NCBI GenBank assembly: GCA_937980205.1
Contig: CALJKW010000016.1
Location: 201,735 to 265,734, forward strand
Direction of reading: 5' to 3'
Length of the DNA: 64,000 nucleotides
Origin: an uncultured Myxococcales bacterium
GTDB taxonomy: Bacteria; Myxococcota; Myxococcia; Myxococcales; Myxococcaceae
A model generated the notes under the pieces. The model was not told the DNA's origin. It searched no databases and was given only the letters and a program-made list of their open reading frames with translations. The position numbers and the translations under genes were made by a program. Of the stretch, positions 26,512 to 37,139 are shown in pieces. Numbering within the stretch: position 1 is the stretch's first letter; each line of letters begins with the position of its first letter.

Positions 26512-27864
26512 CTACACCAGCCCCGGCAGCGGACCCGTGCAGAACGCGGGGTCTCCGAACGTGGTGCCCGGCACGCCCATCGCGTTCATCAGCGAGACCC
26601 ACAGGTTGTTGTGCGGCGTGTTGCCGTACGTGAGGTAGCGGTTGCCGGCGAGGCGGCCGCCGGCGCCGCCCGCGAGGATGAACGGCACGTCGCGCAGCGA
26701 GTGGGTGCTGCCCTTCGACAGCTCGGAGGTCATGACCACGACGGTGTTGTCGAGCAGCGTGCCGCCGCCCTCAGGGACCGCGGCGAGCTTGCCGAGCAGG
26801 TAGGCGAGCTGCTCCATGTACCAGCGGCGGATGACGCGCAGCTTGCCCCACGCGTGCACGTTCGAGTCGGGGTTGTGGCCGAGAATGTGCTCGTCGTCGG
26901 CGATGGCCTTGAGGCCGGTGCCGTCGTCGTACTGCAGCCAGGGGTAGGGGCGGTTGTTGGTCGCGGCCGACCACTGCAGCGTCGCGACGCGGGTGAGGTC
27001 GCACGCGAACGCCATCACCAGCTGATCCATGAACAGCCGGCCGAGCTGGGGGAAGCTCGCCGGCTCGTCCACGTTGACGGGGTTGCCGGTGGCCGGCCTC
27101 GAGCACGCGGCGCCGACCGCCGCCATCGGGGCGTCGAGCCGCGACTCGATGTCCCGCACCCCGTCGAGGTGGCGCTCGAGCTTCACGCGGTCTTCGCCCG
27201 ACAGCTTGCCGTTCACCGCGGCGAACCGGTCCTTCACGTAGTCGAGCGTCGCGTGCCGGCGCTGGCGCTGGCGGTCGAGCCCGAACGGGTCGGCGCCGAG
27301 CTGCGAGAACACGCGGGTGTAGAGGTTGTAGGGGCTGGTCTCGTTCGCGACGGGCTGGTTGCTGCCGGTGTAGCTCAGCACCGTGCGCACGTCGGTGCCG
27401 ACGTAGCGGGTCGATTGCACGCCGACGTTCAGCGTCTTGAAGCGGGTGCCCACGCCGAGGGTGTTCGCGATGTGCTGATCGATGCTGATGCCGCTGCCCC
27501 AGCCGGCGGTCGAGCCGTCGCCTCCGACCATCGTCCCGCTGTTGAGGCGGCGGCCGGTGAGCATCGCCATGCCGCGCTGGTGCGGCTCACCGGGCCCAGA
27601 CTCGTGCGCGCTCAGGTCGAGGCCGTTGATGACGACCAGCTTCGACGCCCACGGCTGCAGCGGCTCGAGGATCGAGCCCTGGAAGTTCATCGACTGCGGG
27701 AGGAAGACGTTCCCGTTCGGCGTGTAGACGAAGAGGATTCGTTTCGGGAAGGCGGCCGTCTGCGCGCGCGCGTCGAGGCTCGAGAGCAGCGGCAGGGCGA
27801 GGGCTGCACCGCCGGCTCCGCGCAAGAGGGCACGGCGGGTGAGCTTTGGGGTCGCGTCGTTCAC
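26512..27864 (-). CDS. DUF1552 domain protein with a twin-arginine (Tat) signal peptide
   Basis: TRRALLRGAGGAALALPL Tat-type signal. The family assignment comes from its pairing with a DUF1592-type neighbour. GTG start in a GTGA overlap with the upstream gene stop. Confidence 0.65.
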   Translation of the reverse strand: MNDATPKLTRRALLRGAGGAALALPLLSSLDARAQTAAFPKRILFVYTPNGNVFLPQSMNFQGSILEPLQPWASKLVVINGLDLSAHESGPGEPHQRGMAMLTGRRLNSGTMVGGDGSTAGWGSGISIDQHIANTLGVGTRFKTLNVGVQSTRYVGTDVRTVLSYTGSNQPVANETSPYNLYTRVFSQLGADPFGLDRQRQRRHATLDYVKDRFAAVNGKLSGEDRVKLERHLDGVRDIESRLDAPMAAVGAACSRPATGNPVNVDEPASFPQLGRLFMDQLVMAFACDLTRVATLQWSAATNNRPYPWLQYDDGTGLKAIADDEHILGHNPDSNVHAWGKLRVIRRWYMEQLAYLLGKLAAVPEGGGTLLDNTVVVMTSELSKGSTHSLRDVPFILAGGAGGRLAGNRYLTYGNTPHNNLWVSLMNAMGVPGTTFGDPAFCTGPLPGLV

Positions 27865-29564
27865 GGTGCACCTCGGGTGTAGAGAAACGCGTCGGACTGG
27901 GTGAGGGCCTCGAGCAGCGCGAGCACGTCGCCGCCGCTCGCCTCGAACGCCCCCTGCAGGCGCTCGAGGGTGCAGGCGTCTTCGGCGGTCTCGGAGCGGC
28001 CGAGGCCGTAGCGCAGCCACTGCTTCACGTAGCAGCCACGCACCTGCTTGCTCACCGCGAGCTTCTGCGCGAGCGCCGGCACGCCGGAGAAGCGGCCCGC
28101 GACGTCTGAGCCGACGATCTCGCCGCTCGCGTCGACCGGCGCTCCGTTTTCGGTCGCCCGCCACTTCCCCTGGCCGTCGAAGTGCTCGAAGCCGAAGCCG
28201 AGCGGGTCCATCAGCTTGTGGCAGGCGGCGCAGCTCGCGTTGCTGCTGTGCTCCTTGAAGCGCTCGCGCGCCGTCGAACCCTCGAGCGGCTCGGGCACGT
28301 CGATGACGACGTCGTCGGGCGGCGCGGGCAGGATGGTGCAGAGGAACGCCTCGCGCACGAGCTTGCCGCGGTGAACCGGCGAGGTCTGGTTCGAGTGCGC
28401 GTTGAGCGCGAGCAGCGAGCCCTGCGTGAGCAGCCCGCCGCGCTGCGCCGGGTCGACCAGCACCTTCGCGAAGGCGCCGTCCGCCGGAGCGTTCGCGAGG
28501 CCGTAGAAGCCGCCCAGCCTCGAGTCCACGAACGTGTACGGCGCCGTCATCAGGGCGTCGAACGTGCCCTCGCCGTCGAACACCACGTGCTCGACGAAGG
28601 CGCGCGTCTCCCTGCGCATCGAGTCGGCGACGGCGGCGCTCCACTCGGGAAACACGGCGGCCGCCTTGCCGGCGTTCGTGACGCGGTCGTAGTCGAGCCA
28701 CTGCTGGTGGAAGTCGCCGACGACGGCGCGGGCGCGCGGGTCGGCGAGCAGGCGCCGCGCCTGCGCCGCGACCTCGTCGGGCGCCGCCAGCGCGCCGGTG
28801 TCGGCGGCGGCGCGCAGCGCGTCGTCGGGCATCGAGGCCCAGAGCAGGTACGACAGGCGCGCGGCGATCGCGTGCGGCGGCAGGCGCACGGCGCCCGCCT
28901 GGCCGGCGGGGGCAAGCTCGAGGCGGTAGAGGAAGTCGGGCGACATCAGCACGCCTTCGATGACCGAGCGCAGCCCGGCGACGAGCGGCGGGAGCGCGGT
29001 GGTGCCGTCGAGGCCTCCGATCGAGGCGCCGCGGTCGTAGAGCGCGAGCAGGGCGTCGCGCTCGGCAGCCTCGAGGGGGCGGCGGAACGCGCGCGGCGCG
29101 AAGGCGTCGACGAAGCGCTCGGCGCAGCCGCGGTCGGTCGTGCCCTGGGGGCAGGAGTACCAGCCGAGCTGCCCGAGCCGAGACGTCGCGCGAGCGGCGA
29201 GCGCTTCGGCGGCCGACAGCAGCTGCTCGACGAGGGCGGGCGAGGTGGTGAGCGCCGAGCCGTTGTTCGAGAAGCCGAGGGACTCCTCCTCGGCGGGGAA
29301 CGCCGCTGCGGGACGCGAGCCGTCGCCGAGCAGGTCGCGGACGGTGTTGTCGTACTCGAAGCGCGTCATGCGCCGCACCGGCGCGGGGCGCGTCAGCACC
29401 TCACCGGGCCTGCACGCCGACGGGGCGGGGGCCGGCGCCCCGGGGACGACCGGCCCGGGCGATTGCGGGCCGTCATCCGGTGCAGAGGCGCCGGGGCCGG
29501 AGACGATGGCGCCTTCGCAGCCGGTGAAGAGCAGGGCCGCCAGGACGATGGGGAGCACGCGCAT
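27861..29564 (-). CDS. DUF1592/DUF1588/DUF1585-family lipoprotein (PSD1-like, with a C-terminal cytochrome-like CxxCH)
   Basis: ATG at 29564 gives MRVLPIVLAALLFTGC (lipobox). A CAACH motif is present near the C-terminus. The track ORF extends upstream to 29867. Confidence 0.65.
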   Translation of the reverse strand: MRVLPIVLAALLFTGCEGAIVSGPGASAPDDGPQSPGPVVPGAPAPAPSACRPGEVLTRPAPVRRMTRFEYDNTVRDLLGDGSRPAAAFPAEEESLGFSNNGSALTTSPALVEQLLSAAEALAARATSRLGQLGWYSCPQGTTDRGCAERFVDAFAPRAFRRPLEAAERDALLALYDRGASIGGLDGTTALPPLVAGLRSVIEGVLMSPDFLYRLELAPAGQAGAVRLPPHAIAARLSYLLWASMPDDALRAAADTGALAAPDEVAAQARRLLADPRARAVVGDFHQQWLDYDRVTNAGKAAAVFPEWSAAVADSMRRETRAFVEHVVFDGEGTFDALMTAPYTFVDSRLGGFYGLANAPADGAFAKVLVDPAQRGGLLTQGSLLALNAHSNQTSPVHRGKLVREAFLCTILPAPPDDVVIDVPEPLEGSTARERFKEHSSNASCAACHKLMDPLGFGFEHFDGQGKWRATENGAPVDASGEIVGSDVAGRFSGVPALAQKLAVSKQVRGCYVKQWLRYGLGRSETAEDACTLERLQGAFEASGGDVLALLEALTQSDAFLYTRGAP

Positions 29565-29635
29565 GGGGGCGGCCAACACCACGTTTCGTGCCGGCGACGC
29601 CGGGGCCTGTTTCCGCGCAGATGAGGTGTGGACCG

Positions 29636-29655
29636 TTGTCCAACGCATTGGACAA
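29636..29655. promoter_or_regulatory. Perfect inverted repeat TTGTCCAA-CGCA-TTGGACAA in the divergent intergenic region. It is a candidate operator.
   Basis: 8-bp arms with a 4-bp spacer. It lies between the DUF1592 operon start (29564, - strand) and the FHA-sigma54 activator start (29694, + strand). Confidence 0.35.
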
Positions 29656-29693
29656 ACAACCAAAGGCGCGGGCGCTAGAGTGCCCGGAGTTCC

Positions 29694-31004
<1,311 letters not shown>

Positions 31005-31140
31005 AGCCTTCGTCAGGCGCTGAGCGAAGCTCGCGTCGGCGGAGGTCTCTGCGCAGGGCCCACAGGCACCGGGCTGCACCTCCGGATCTTCCGGTCGTGC
31101 ATCGCACGCGGTGGTTCGAACCGAAAAGCCCTGCGAGGAC

Positions 31141-31214
31141 TCCGTCATCGTCTAACTGGCCAAGACACAAGACTCTTAATCTTGCGATTGCGGGTTCGAC
31201 TCCCGCTGACAACC
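31141..31214 (+). tRNA. tRNA-Lys(CTT)-like sequence whose 5' acceptor strand is not complementary. It is probably a pseudogene or a tRNA 3'-copy (att-like remnant).
   Basis: The D-arm (GTCT/AGAC), anticodon arm (CAAGA-CTCTTAA-TCTTG, anticodon CTT), T-arm (GCGGG-TTCGACT-CCCGC) and 3' acceptor TGACAAC-C are all canonical. The 5' strand is TCCGTCA where GTTGTCA is required, so positions 1-3 are unpaired. A hairpin plus GGTTTCT follows. Confidence 0.4.
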
Positions 31215-31444
31215 CCGGCAGTGAGCAGCCCCGCCGTTTTGCCGGGGCGGTTTCTCGGCCGGTGAATTCGTGCGCCGCTCCTCGGGCGGGCCTTCAGCGC
31301 TTCCCAGCCATCACGATGAGGTCAGTCGTGGGCCCGGACGCATGACGCCCTCCCGCGCAGCGGAACGCAGTGCTCGCCGGCGTCAGTACGAGAGAGCGCC
31401 CCCGTGTAGCGGCGGGGCTGTTTTTCTTTCGAAGGAGGTGCCCC

Positions 31445-32557
31445 ATGAAGATCGACGTTGCGGTGAACGAGCGCGCCATCGTGCTCTACGACGGCGTGCC
31501 GGCGAAGTACCTCGCGCCCGGCCGCCACCGGGTGTGGGCGTTGTTCACGAAGATCGAGGTCGAGCGCTACGACACGCTGACGCTCGCGGTGCAGCTCGAC
31601 GAGTCGCGCCTGAAGCTGGTGCCGGCGGAGGACCTCGCGCAGGTGAACGTCGCCAAGACGCAGCGCGCGGCGGTGTACCGCCGCGGCTGGCCGATGCTCT
31701 GGCTGAAGCCGGGCGCGTGGCAGATCTGGACGATCGACCGTACGCTCGACCGTGAGACGGGCCGCGCGGTGCCGATGGTGCGCATCGAGCTCGTCGACGT
31801 GTCGGGCGTCGAGACGAAGCCGCTCGACGACGAGCTCAAGGCCATGGTGCCGGCGGCGGACTACGTCGAGACGACGGCGCCCGCCGGTGCGGTGGCGCTG
31901 CGCTACGTCGACGGCAAGCTCGACGCCGAGCTGCCTCCGGGCCGTCACGCGGCCTGGAACGTCGTGCACAAGGTCCAGTTCGCGGTGATCGAGCTCAAGG
32001 AGCGCATGCTCCACGTCACGGGCCAGGAGGTGATGACGAAGGACCGCGTCACCTTGCGCCTCAACGTGTCGGCTGCGTTCAAGGTGACGGATGCGAAGCG
32101 GCTCGCGCTGGTCGCGCGTGCTCCGGATGACGTGCTGTACCTGAGCGTGCAGCTGTCGGCGCGCGAGGCCGTCGCCGGTCGTACGCTCGACGAGCTGCTC
32201 GCGGCGCGTGACACGCTGGGCGCCGAGCTGGCCCAGGCCGTTCGCGCGCGCGCCGTCGCGGTCGGCATGGAGCTCATCGAGCTCGGCCTCAAGGACATCG
32301 TGCTCCCGGGTGACATGAAGGAGCTGCTCAACAAGGTCATCCAGGCGCAGAAGGAGGCCGAGGCCAACGTCATCCTCCGCCGCGAGGAGACGGCGGCCAC
32401 GCGCTCGCTGGCCCAGACGGCGAAGGTGCTCGCCGAGAACCCGCTGCTCGTTCGCCTGAAGGAGCTCGAGGCCTACAAGGATCTCGCGCACAAGGTCGGC
32501 CAGGTGCACCTCGTGCTCGGTGAGTCGGCGCTGCCGAAGCTCGAGCTCAAGACGTGA
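31445..32557 (+). CDS. SPFH / band-7 (stomatin-prohibitin-like) domain protein
   Basis: ATG preceded by GGAGGTG. The C-terminal two-thirds has the band-7 core plus a coiled coil (KELLNKVIQAQKEAEANV...). Confidence 0.7.
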   Translation: MKIDVAVNERAIVLYDGVPAKYLAPGRHRVWALFTKIEVERYDTLTLAVQLDESRLKLVPAEDLAQVNVAKTQRAAVYRRGWPMLWLKPGAWQIWTIDRTLDRETGRAVPMVRIELVDVSGVETKPLDDELKAMVPAADYVETTAPAGAVALRYVDGKLDAELPPGRHAAWNVVHKVQFAVIELKERMLHVTGQEVMTKDRVTLRLNVSAAFKVTDAKRLALVARAPDDVLYLSVQLSAREAVAGRTLDELLAARDTLGAELAQAVRARAVAVGMELIELGLKDIVLPGDMKELLNKVIQAQKEAEANVILRREETAATRSLAQTAKVLAENPLLVRLKELEAYKDLAHKVGQVHLVLGESALPKLELKT

Positions 32558-33335
32558 TCTGGAGCTCGGAGGTCGCTGGTGTCGGGAGCGCCGCAGGAAG
32601 AGCTTCTGCGGCGCTCTCTTTTTTCGTGGCCAGACGGATGAGCCCGTACGTCGCGTTCAGCAGCACCAGCGCGATGCCCACGTACGAGACGTAGTTGAAG
32701 GGCCACGCCATCCACCTGTCGGGGAGAAACGGCACCACCGTGTCGTTGTGCGGCCCCGAGTACATGTAGTTCGTGTCGAACGCCCAGTTGACGAGGAACA
32801 CGGTGAACGACCAGCCGGCGAGGCCCGCGCACATGCGCAGGTGCGTCTTCGTGTCGTAGGTGTCGCCGGTCAGCAGCAGGAAGATCGGCGCGAGGAAGAG
32901 GAAGTAGTGGCCGATGACGTAGTGCCACCAGGCGAAGTTCCCCAAGCCCTCGCCGTGCAGGTTCAGGTTCGCGAACGAGATGAACCCGCAGCCGATGGCG
33001 AGCACGGAGAGGTACTTCAGCCACTCGTAGCGGCGGGCGAGCACGAGCACGGTGATGGCGATCTTCAGTGACGCGCACAGGTGCAGCGGCAGGCGTTCCC
33101 ACGCGGGGTCGCACGGGTAGATGAACTTGAGCGCGTAGGAGATCGCCTCGAGCCCGAGCACGAAGCCCGCGGCCCCGGCCATGAACGCGCGGCTGTTGCG
33201 CAGCGCGGGCAACTGCTTCTTGAACACGAGCAGGAGCGCCAGGGCCACGAACAGCCCGAGCACCAGCGCGAGGTGCCCCGGGCTGCCCATCGCGAAGAGG
33301 GTGCTCGTGTGCACGTCGGGATCGAAGAAGTTCAT
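32547..33335 (-). CDS. Integral membrane protein (TIGR02206/YwaF-like, multi-pass)
   Basis: A 262-aa protein with 7-8 hydrophobic helices. It converges on the SPFH gene with an 11-bp overlap. Confidence 0.5.
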   Translation of the reverse strand: MNFFDPDVHTSTLFAMGSPGHLALVLGLFVALALLLVFKKQLPALRNSRAFMAGAAGFVLGLEAISYALKFIYPCDPAWERLPLHLCASLKIAITVLVLARRYEWLKYLSVLAIGCGFISFANLNLHGEGLGNFAWWHYVIGHYFLFLAPIFLLLTGDTYDTKTHLRMCAGLAGWSFTVFLVNWAFDTNYMYSGPHNDTVVPFLPDRWMAWPFNYVSYVGIALVLLNATYGLIRLATKKESAAEALPAALPTPATSELQITS

Positions 33336-33437
33336 GCCCCGGCCACTGCTGCAACGCGCACACCGAAGCGCCCTTCAGCAGGGTTGCGGCGAACGGGTGT
33401 GCAGGGGCCTGCACACGCAGTCGTTTCGTTGCACAGC

Positions 33438-35681
33438 GTGTGCGGCAGGGTAGGGTGCGGCGCCGTGCCGGTACTCGCCGTAGTCCTGGTGCTGTTGGGG
33501 GCTGAGCCCGAAGAGCCCGCGCTCGACGAGTCCGACCTCGCGTCGCTGCTCAACGAGACGGTCACCGCGACCGCGTCGCGCACGGCGGAGTCCGCGCAAG
33601 ACGCTCCGGCGACGACGTGGAGCATCAGCGGCACCGACCTCAAGCGCTACGGCATCCAGTCGGTCGAAGAGGCGATCCGCTTCCTCGGCCACGGCATGAC
33701 GAGCTTCGAGTACGACATGCGCCAGAGCGCTGCGTTCGGAGCCCGCGGCTTCATGTCGAACCAGCTCGGCCTGCACGTCTCGGTGCTCATCGACGGCAAC
33801 CAGGCGGGCGGCAGCGCCAAGACGGGTCGCGGCACGCAGCCGTACCTCTTGCCCATCGAGCTCGTCGATCACATCGACATCGTCATCGGCCCGGGCTCGG
33901 TCGTCTACGGCAACAGCGCCATGCTCGGCGTCATCAACATCGTCACGCGCTCGGCGACGTCGCTCGACGGCACGCGCGTGCTGTTGCAGGGCAGCGCGGG
34001 CACGCCGGGCGACCGGTGGGCGAAGGATCTGTCGTGGGGCGAGGTCTGGGGGAAAGCGGCGGTCTACGGCGGCTTCACCAAGTCGCTCGCTGGAGACACG
34101 CTCGACTTCACCTGGCACCTGCAGGCGCGCTGGGACCGCCAGCAGGGCCGCCGCATGTTCCACCGCCTGGGCGACCAGGACCCGTACCTCGACCCCGCCG
34201 CCTCGTACCCGACCGAAGACGTCTTCAACCGCGACCTCGGCGTGCGCCTGTTCTCGCGCGCGACCTGGGGAAAGTGGCGCGCGCTCGCGTGGGTCTTCGT
34301 CAGCGGCGGCAGCGGCACGGGCCCGATCGACTCCGGCGGCGGCGCGTCGTACTTCGAGCCGGAGTACGGGCTCGACGTCACCTACGCGACGCCGATCGGC
34401 TCGCGCGGAGACCTCTCGCTGCGCGTCTACGGCGTGGTGTTCGACTCGCGCGCGACGCTGCCTCCGTGGGACCCGACCGTCGACTGCTCGAACCAGGCGC
34501 TGTGCGTCGACACGCTCTCGTACCTCGCGTTCCGCCCGTTCATCGAGCCCATCTTCTCGTGGGACTGGCTGAAGGACGGCTCGAACGTCACCACGATCGG
34601 CGCGCAGCTGTTCATCGACGGCAGCCTCATCACACAGGGCAAGCAGTCGCTCGACGGGCGGGTGCGCACGACGGGCACGACCACTCCTGCTCCGCTGCCC
34701 ACCGCGGCCCTGTACGCGCAGCACATCTGGCGCGCGAAGTACGGCACGCTCAACATCGGCCTGCGCGGAGACCTGGGCTACATCGGTCAGGCCGTCTCTC
34801 CCCGCCTCGCGTACATCGTGAACCCGTGGCGCAACGGCACGGTGAAGGTCATCTTGTCGACCGGCTTCCGCCAGCCGACGATCACCGAGCGCTTCCTCGA
34901 GGTGCCGGGCTTCGTCACCTCGAACCCCAACATCCAGCCCGAGCGCGTCTACTCGGGCGAGGTCGTCGTCGCGCACCGCTTCGCGCAGCAGAGCGTGCAG
35001 CTCTCCGCCTACGCCGCGTACTGGACGGGGCTCATCAACGCCGCCGACATCGCGCCCGGCTCCGCGCACCTGTCGCAGTTCCAGAACCTGCGCGAGCTGT
35101 GGAGCGCCGGCGTCAACTTCGGCTGGCGCGGCGATGCCGGGCCGTTCGACTGGGCGGTGTCGCTGAACTACGCGCCCGGCCGCTTCCGGCTGCCGGCGAC
35201 GGCCGCGACGTGGACGGACATGGAGCTCGAGACCGCGCAGGTCAACCGCGAGGCGATTCGCCGGTACGGCACGAGCGCGCTCGGCTCCATCTTCCTTCCC
35301 AGCGACTCGATGCCCGACTTCTACGCGATCGCGCACGCCTCGTATTCGCTCGGTGAAGGCCTGCCGAGGCTCTCGTTCGCGGTGAACGTGAACTCTCCGC
35401 GAATCCGCTCGTACTGGATCAACGACCCCGTGCTGCTCGACCCGCGGCTCAACGACAACCCGTTCCTGCCGTGGACGGCCGACGCGCGGCTGGTGCTCAG
35501 CCACATGATCGCCGACCGCGTCGGCCTCGCGCTCTACGGCACGTTCCGGACGCTGGGGACCGTCTCCGAAGCGCCCCGTGCAGGCAGCGGCCAGGGCCCG
35601 ATTCCGCAGGGCGGCCTCGGCCTCACGTCGAACCCGCAGGCCCCGGTCAGCATCATGGCGGAGGTGAACGTTCGGCTGTGA
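33438..35681 (+). CDS. TonB-dependent outer-membrane receptor
   Basis: Plug-domain motifs (SISGTDLKRYGIQSVEEAIRFLGHG, IVIGPGSVVYGNSAMLGVINIVT) and a C-terminal barrel. GTG start at 33438 or 33465. Confidence 0.7.
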   Translation: MCGRVGCGAVPVLAVVLVLLGAEPEEPALDESDLASLLNETVTATASRTAESAQDAPATTWSISGTDLKRYGIQSVEEAIRFLGHGMTSFEYDMRQSAAFGARGFMSNQLGLHVSVLIDGNQAGGSAKTGRGTQPYLLPIELVDHIDIVIGPGSVVYGNSAMLGVINIVTRSATSLDGTRVLLQGSAGTPGDRWAKDLSWGEVWGKAAVYGGFTKSLAGDTLDFTWHLQARWDRQQGRRMFHRLGDQDPYLDPAASYPTEDVFNRDLGVRLFSRATWGKWRALAWVFVSGGSGTGPIDSGGGASYFEPEYGLDVTYATPIGSRGDLSLRVYGVVFDSRATLPPWDPTVDCSNQALCVDTLSYLAFRPFIEPIFSWDWLKDGSNVTTIGAQLFIDGSLITQGKQSLDGRVRTTGTTTPAPLPTAALYAQHIWRAKYGTLNIGLRGDLGYIGQAVSPRLAYIVNPWRNGTVKVILSTGFRQPTITERFLEVPGFVTSNPNIQPERVYSGEVVVAHRFAQQSVQLSAYAAYWTGLINAADIAPGSAHLSQFQNLRELWSAGVNFGWRGDAGPFDWAVSLNYAPGRFRLPATAATWTDMELETAQVNREAIRRYGTSALGSIFLPSDSMPDFYAIAHASYSLGEGLPRLSFAVNVNSPRIRSYWINDPVLLDPRLNDNPFLPWTADARLVLSHMIADRVGLALYGTFRTLGTVSEAPRAGSGQGPIPQGGLGLTSNPQAPVSIMAEVNVRL

Positions 35682-36220
35682 GGCGGCTTGGGGCCATCGC
35701 CGTCGTCTCGGTTGCGCTCGCGGCTTCGGCCGACGAGCTGCCGCTGCAGCTGCAGGTTCAGCTGCTGCAGAAGACGGCCGCGTACATCACGAGCCTGCAG
35801 CCCGGAGACACCGGCAAGGTGAAGGTGCTCGTCGTGCACGCCGGCGACAAGCCGACGCGCGTCACCGAGCAGCTCACCGCGTCGATCAACGGGCTGGGCC
35901 AGCTCGGCAAACACCCCGCCGAGGCGGCCCCCGTCGCGCTGGTGAGCCTGAAGACCGCGATCACCTCGGAGAAGCCGCAGATGCTCTTCCTCGCGCCCGA
36001 CCTGGACGAGAAGGGCGTCGCGGAGGTGCTCGAGGCGTGCGGAACGGCGAACATCGTGACGGTCTCGGCGGTGCAGGCCCACGTGAAGCAGGGGATCATT
36101 CTCGGGTTCGATCTGCAGGAGGCGAAGCCGAGGATCCTCGTTCACCTCAAGCAGGCGAGAAGCCAGAGCGTGGTGTTCTTGAGCGGCCTGTTGACCCACT
36201 CGGTGATCGTCGAGAAGTAG
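35678..36220 (+). CDS. Periplasmic hypothetical protein, possibly DUF4154/YfiR-like
   Basis: GTGA overlap with the TonB-receptor stop. It has a signal peptide and is about 180 aa. Confidence 0.4.
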   Translation: MRRLGAIAVVSVALAASADELPLQLQVQLLQKTAAYITSLQPGDTGKVKVLVVHAGDKPTRVTEQLTASINGLGQLGKHPAEAAPVALVSLKTAITSEKPQMLFLAPDLDEKGVAEVLEACGTANIVTVSAVQAHVKQGIILGFDLQEAKPRILVHLKQARSQSVVFLSGLLTHSVIVEK

Positions 36221-37030
36221 TCAGCGCGCCGCGCGGCGCCACTCGCCGGGCGTCGTGTTCCGCTCGGCGCGGAACAGCGCGACGAGCCGCGCGGCAGATC
36301 TCAGGCCCAGCATCGCGGCGATCGCGGCGAGGTCGTGATCGGTGCCGGCGAGCAGCCGCTCGGCGTGGGCCAGAAGGTGCGCCGTGCGCTCGGCGCGGAT
36401 GGACGTGCCCGCCGCGGCGAGGTGCCGCTGCAGCGAGCGGGTGCTGAGGCCGAGCGCGCGGGCGAGCTGCGCGGCGGACAGCGGCGCCTTCTCGGCGTCG
36501 AGCGCGACCCGGACGCGGCGCACGACGTCGGCGGGCTCGAGCAGCGAGGCGCGCAGCGCGGCGACCGCGTGCTCGTCGGCCGCAGCTCCCGCCCAGGCGA
36601 AGGCTTCCCCTGGGGCTTCGAAGAAGCGGATCTCGTATTCGGCCGCGGTCATCTGAAGCGCACCGAGGACGAGGGCGCCCGAGAAGCCGGCCGAGTGCAC
36701 GATCGCCTGCCGGCCGGCGCGCGGGCGCCAGTCTCCGCGCCGCTCGGTCAGCGTCTTCACGAACAGCTCGAACGCGTCGAGGGTCAGCGACTCGACCGAG
36801 CGCGTGTCGATGATCGACGGGTGCCCCGCGAGCGGCGAGTGGAGGATCGCGTCGAAGACCCGGCACATCTCCGCGATGTCCTGGTCGGCCGGCTTGCCCC
36901 AGCTGATGCTGCCGTGGGCGCCCGACTTCGACCGCCAGGTGCAGAAGCTGCGGCGGACGTAGACGCGAGCTCCGGGCTTGCTGCAGAACGCTGTGACGTC
37001 GCTCGTCGGGATGAACGGGGCGTGCGGCAT
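36221..37030 (-). CDS. AraC-family transcriptional regulator
   Basis: The C-terminal AraC-type HTH pair (LSAAQLARALGLSTRSLQRHL ... IAAMLGLRSAARLVALFR). ATG at 37030. Confidence 0.75.
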   Translation of the reverse strand: MPHAPFIPTSDVTAFCSKPGARVYVRRSFCTWRSKSGAHGSISWGKPADQDIAEMCRVFDAILHSPLAGHPSIIDTRSVESLTLDAFELFVKTLTERRGDWRPRAGRQAIVHSAGFSGALVLGALQMTAAEYEIRFFEAPGEAFAWAGAAADEHAVAALRASLLEPADVVRRVRVALDAEKAPLSAAQLARALGLSTRSLQRHLAAAGTSIRAERTAHLLAHAERLLAGTDHDLAAIAAMLGLRSAARLVALFRAERNTTPGEWRRAAR

Positions 37031-37139
37031 GTTCGGTGCGGCCACGCAGCTTCCCGCGGGCGGGTGTGACGCGCCAGCGCTTCGCTCTCCCCCTCGGGGC
37101 TCGCCCATGGGGCGCGGGGGTGGGGTATGACGTACGGCC

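Noticed and set aside
31100-31130. Second tRNA suggested by GGTTCGAACC, 25 bp upstream of the tRNA-Lys-like sequence
   Set aside because: It is a simple 10-bp perfect palindrome without flanking T-stem, acceptor or anticodon arms, so it is not a tRNA.
31270-31755. 161-aa ORF overlapping the 5' part of the SPFH gene in another frame
   Set aside because: The SPFH frame has a consensus RBS and a conserved domain. This ORF is Arg/Gly/Ala-rich and starts inside the tRNA-like spacer without signals.
31005-33335. Calling 31005-33335 (SPFH plus membrane-protein genes) an integrated genomic island because of the tRNA-like fragment
   Set aside because: No integrase, transposase or phage genes, no clear direct-repeat partner and no sharp compositional break are present in the window. 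This is kept only as a possibility under the tRNA-fragment finding.
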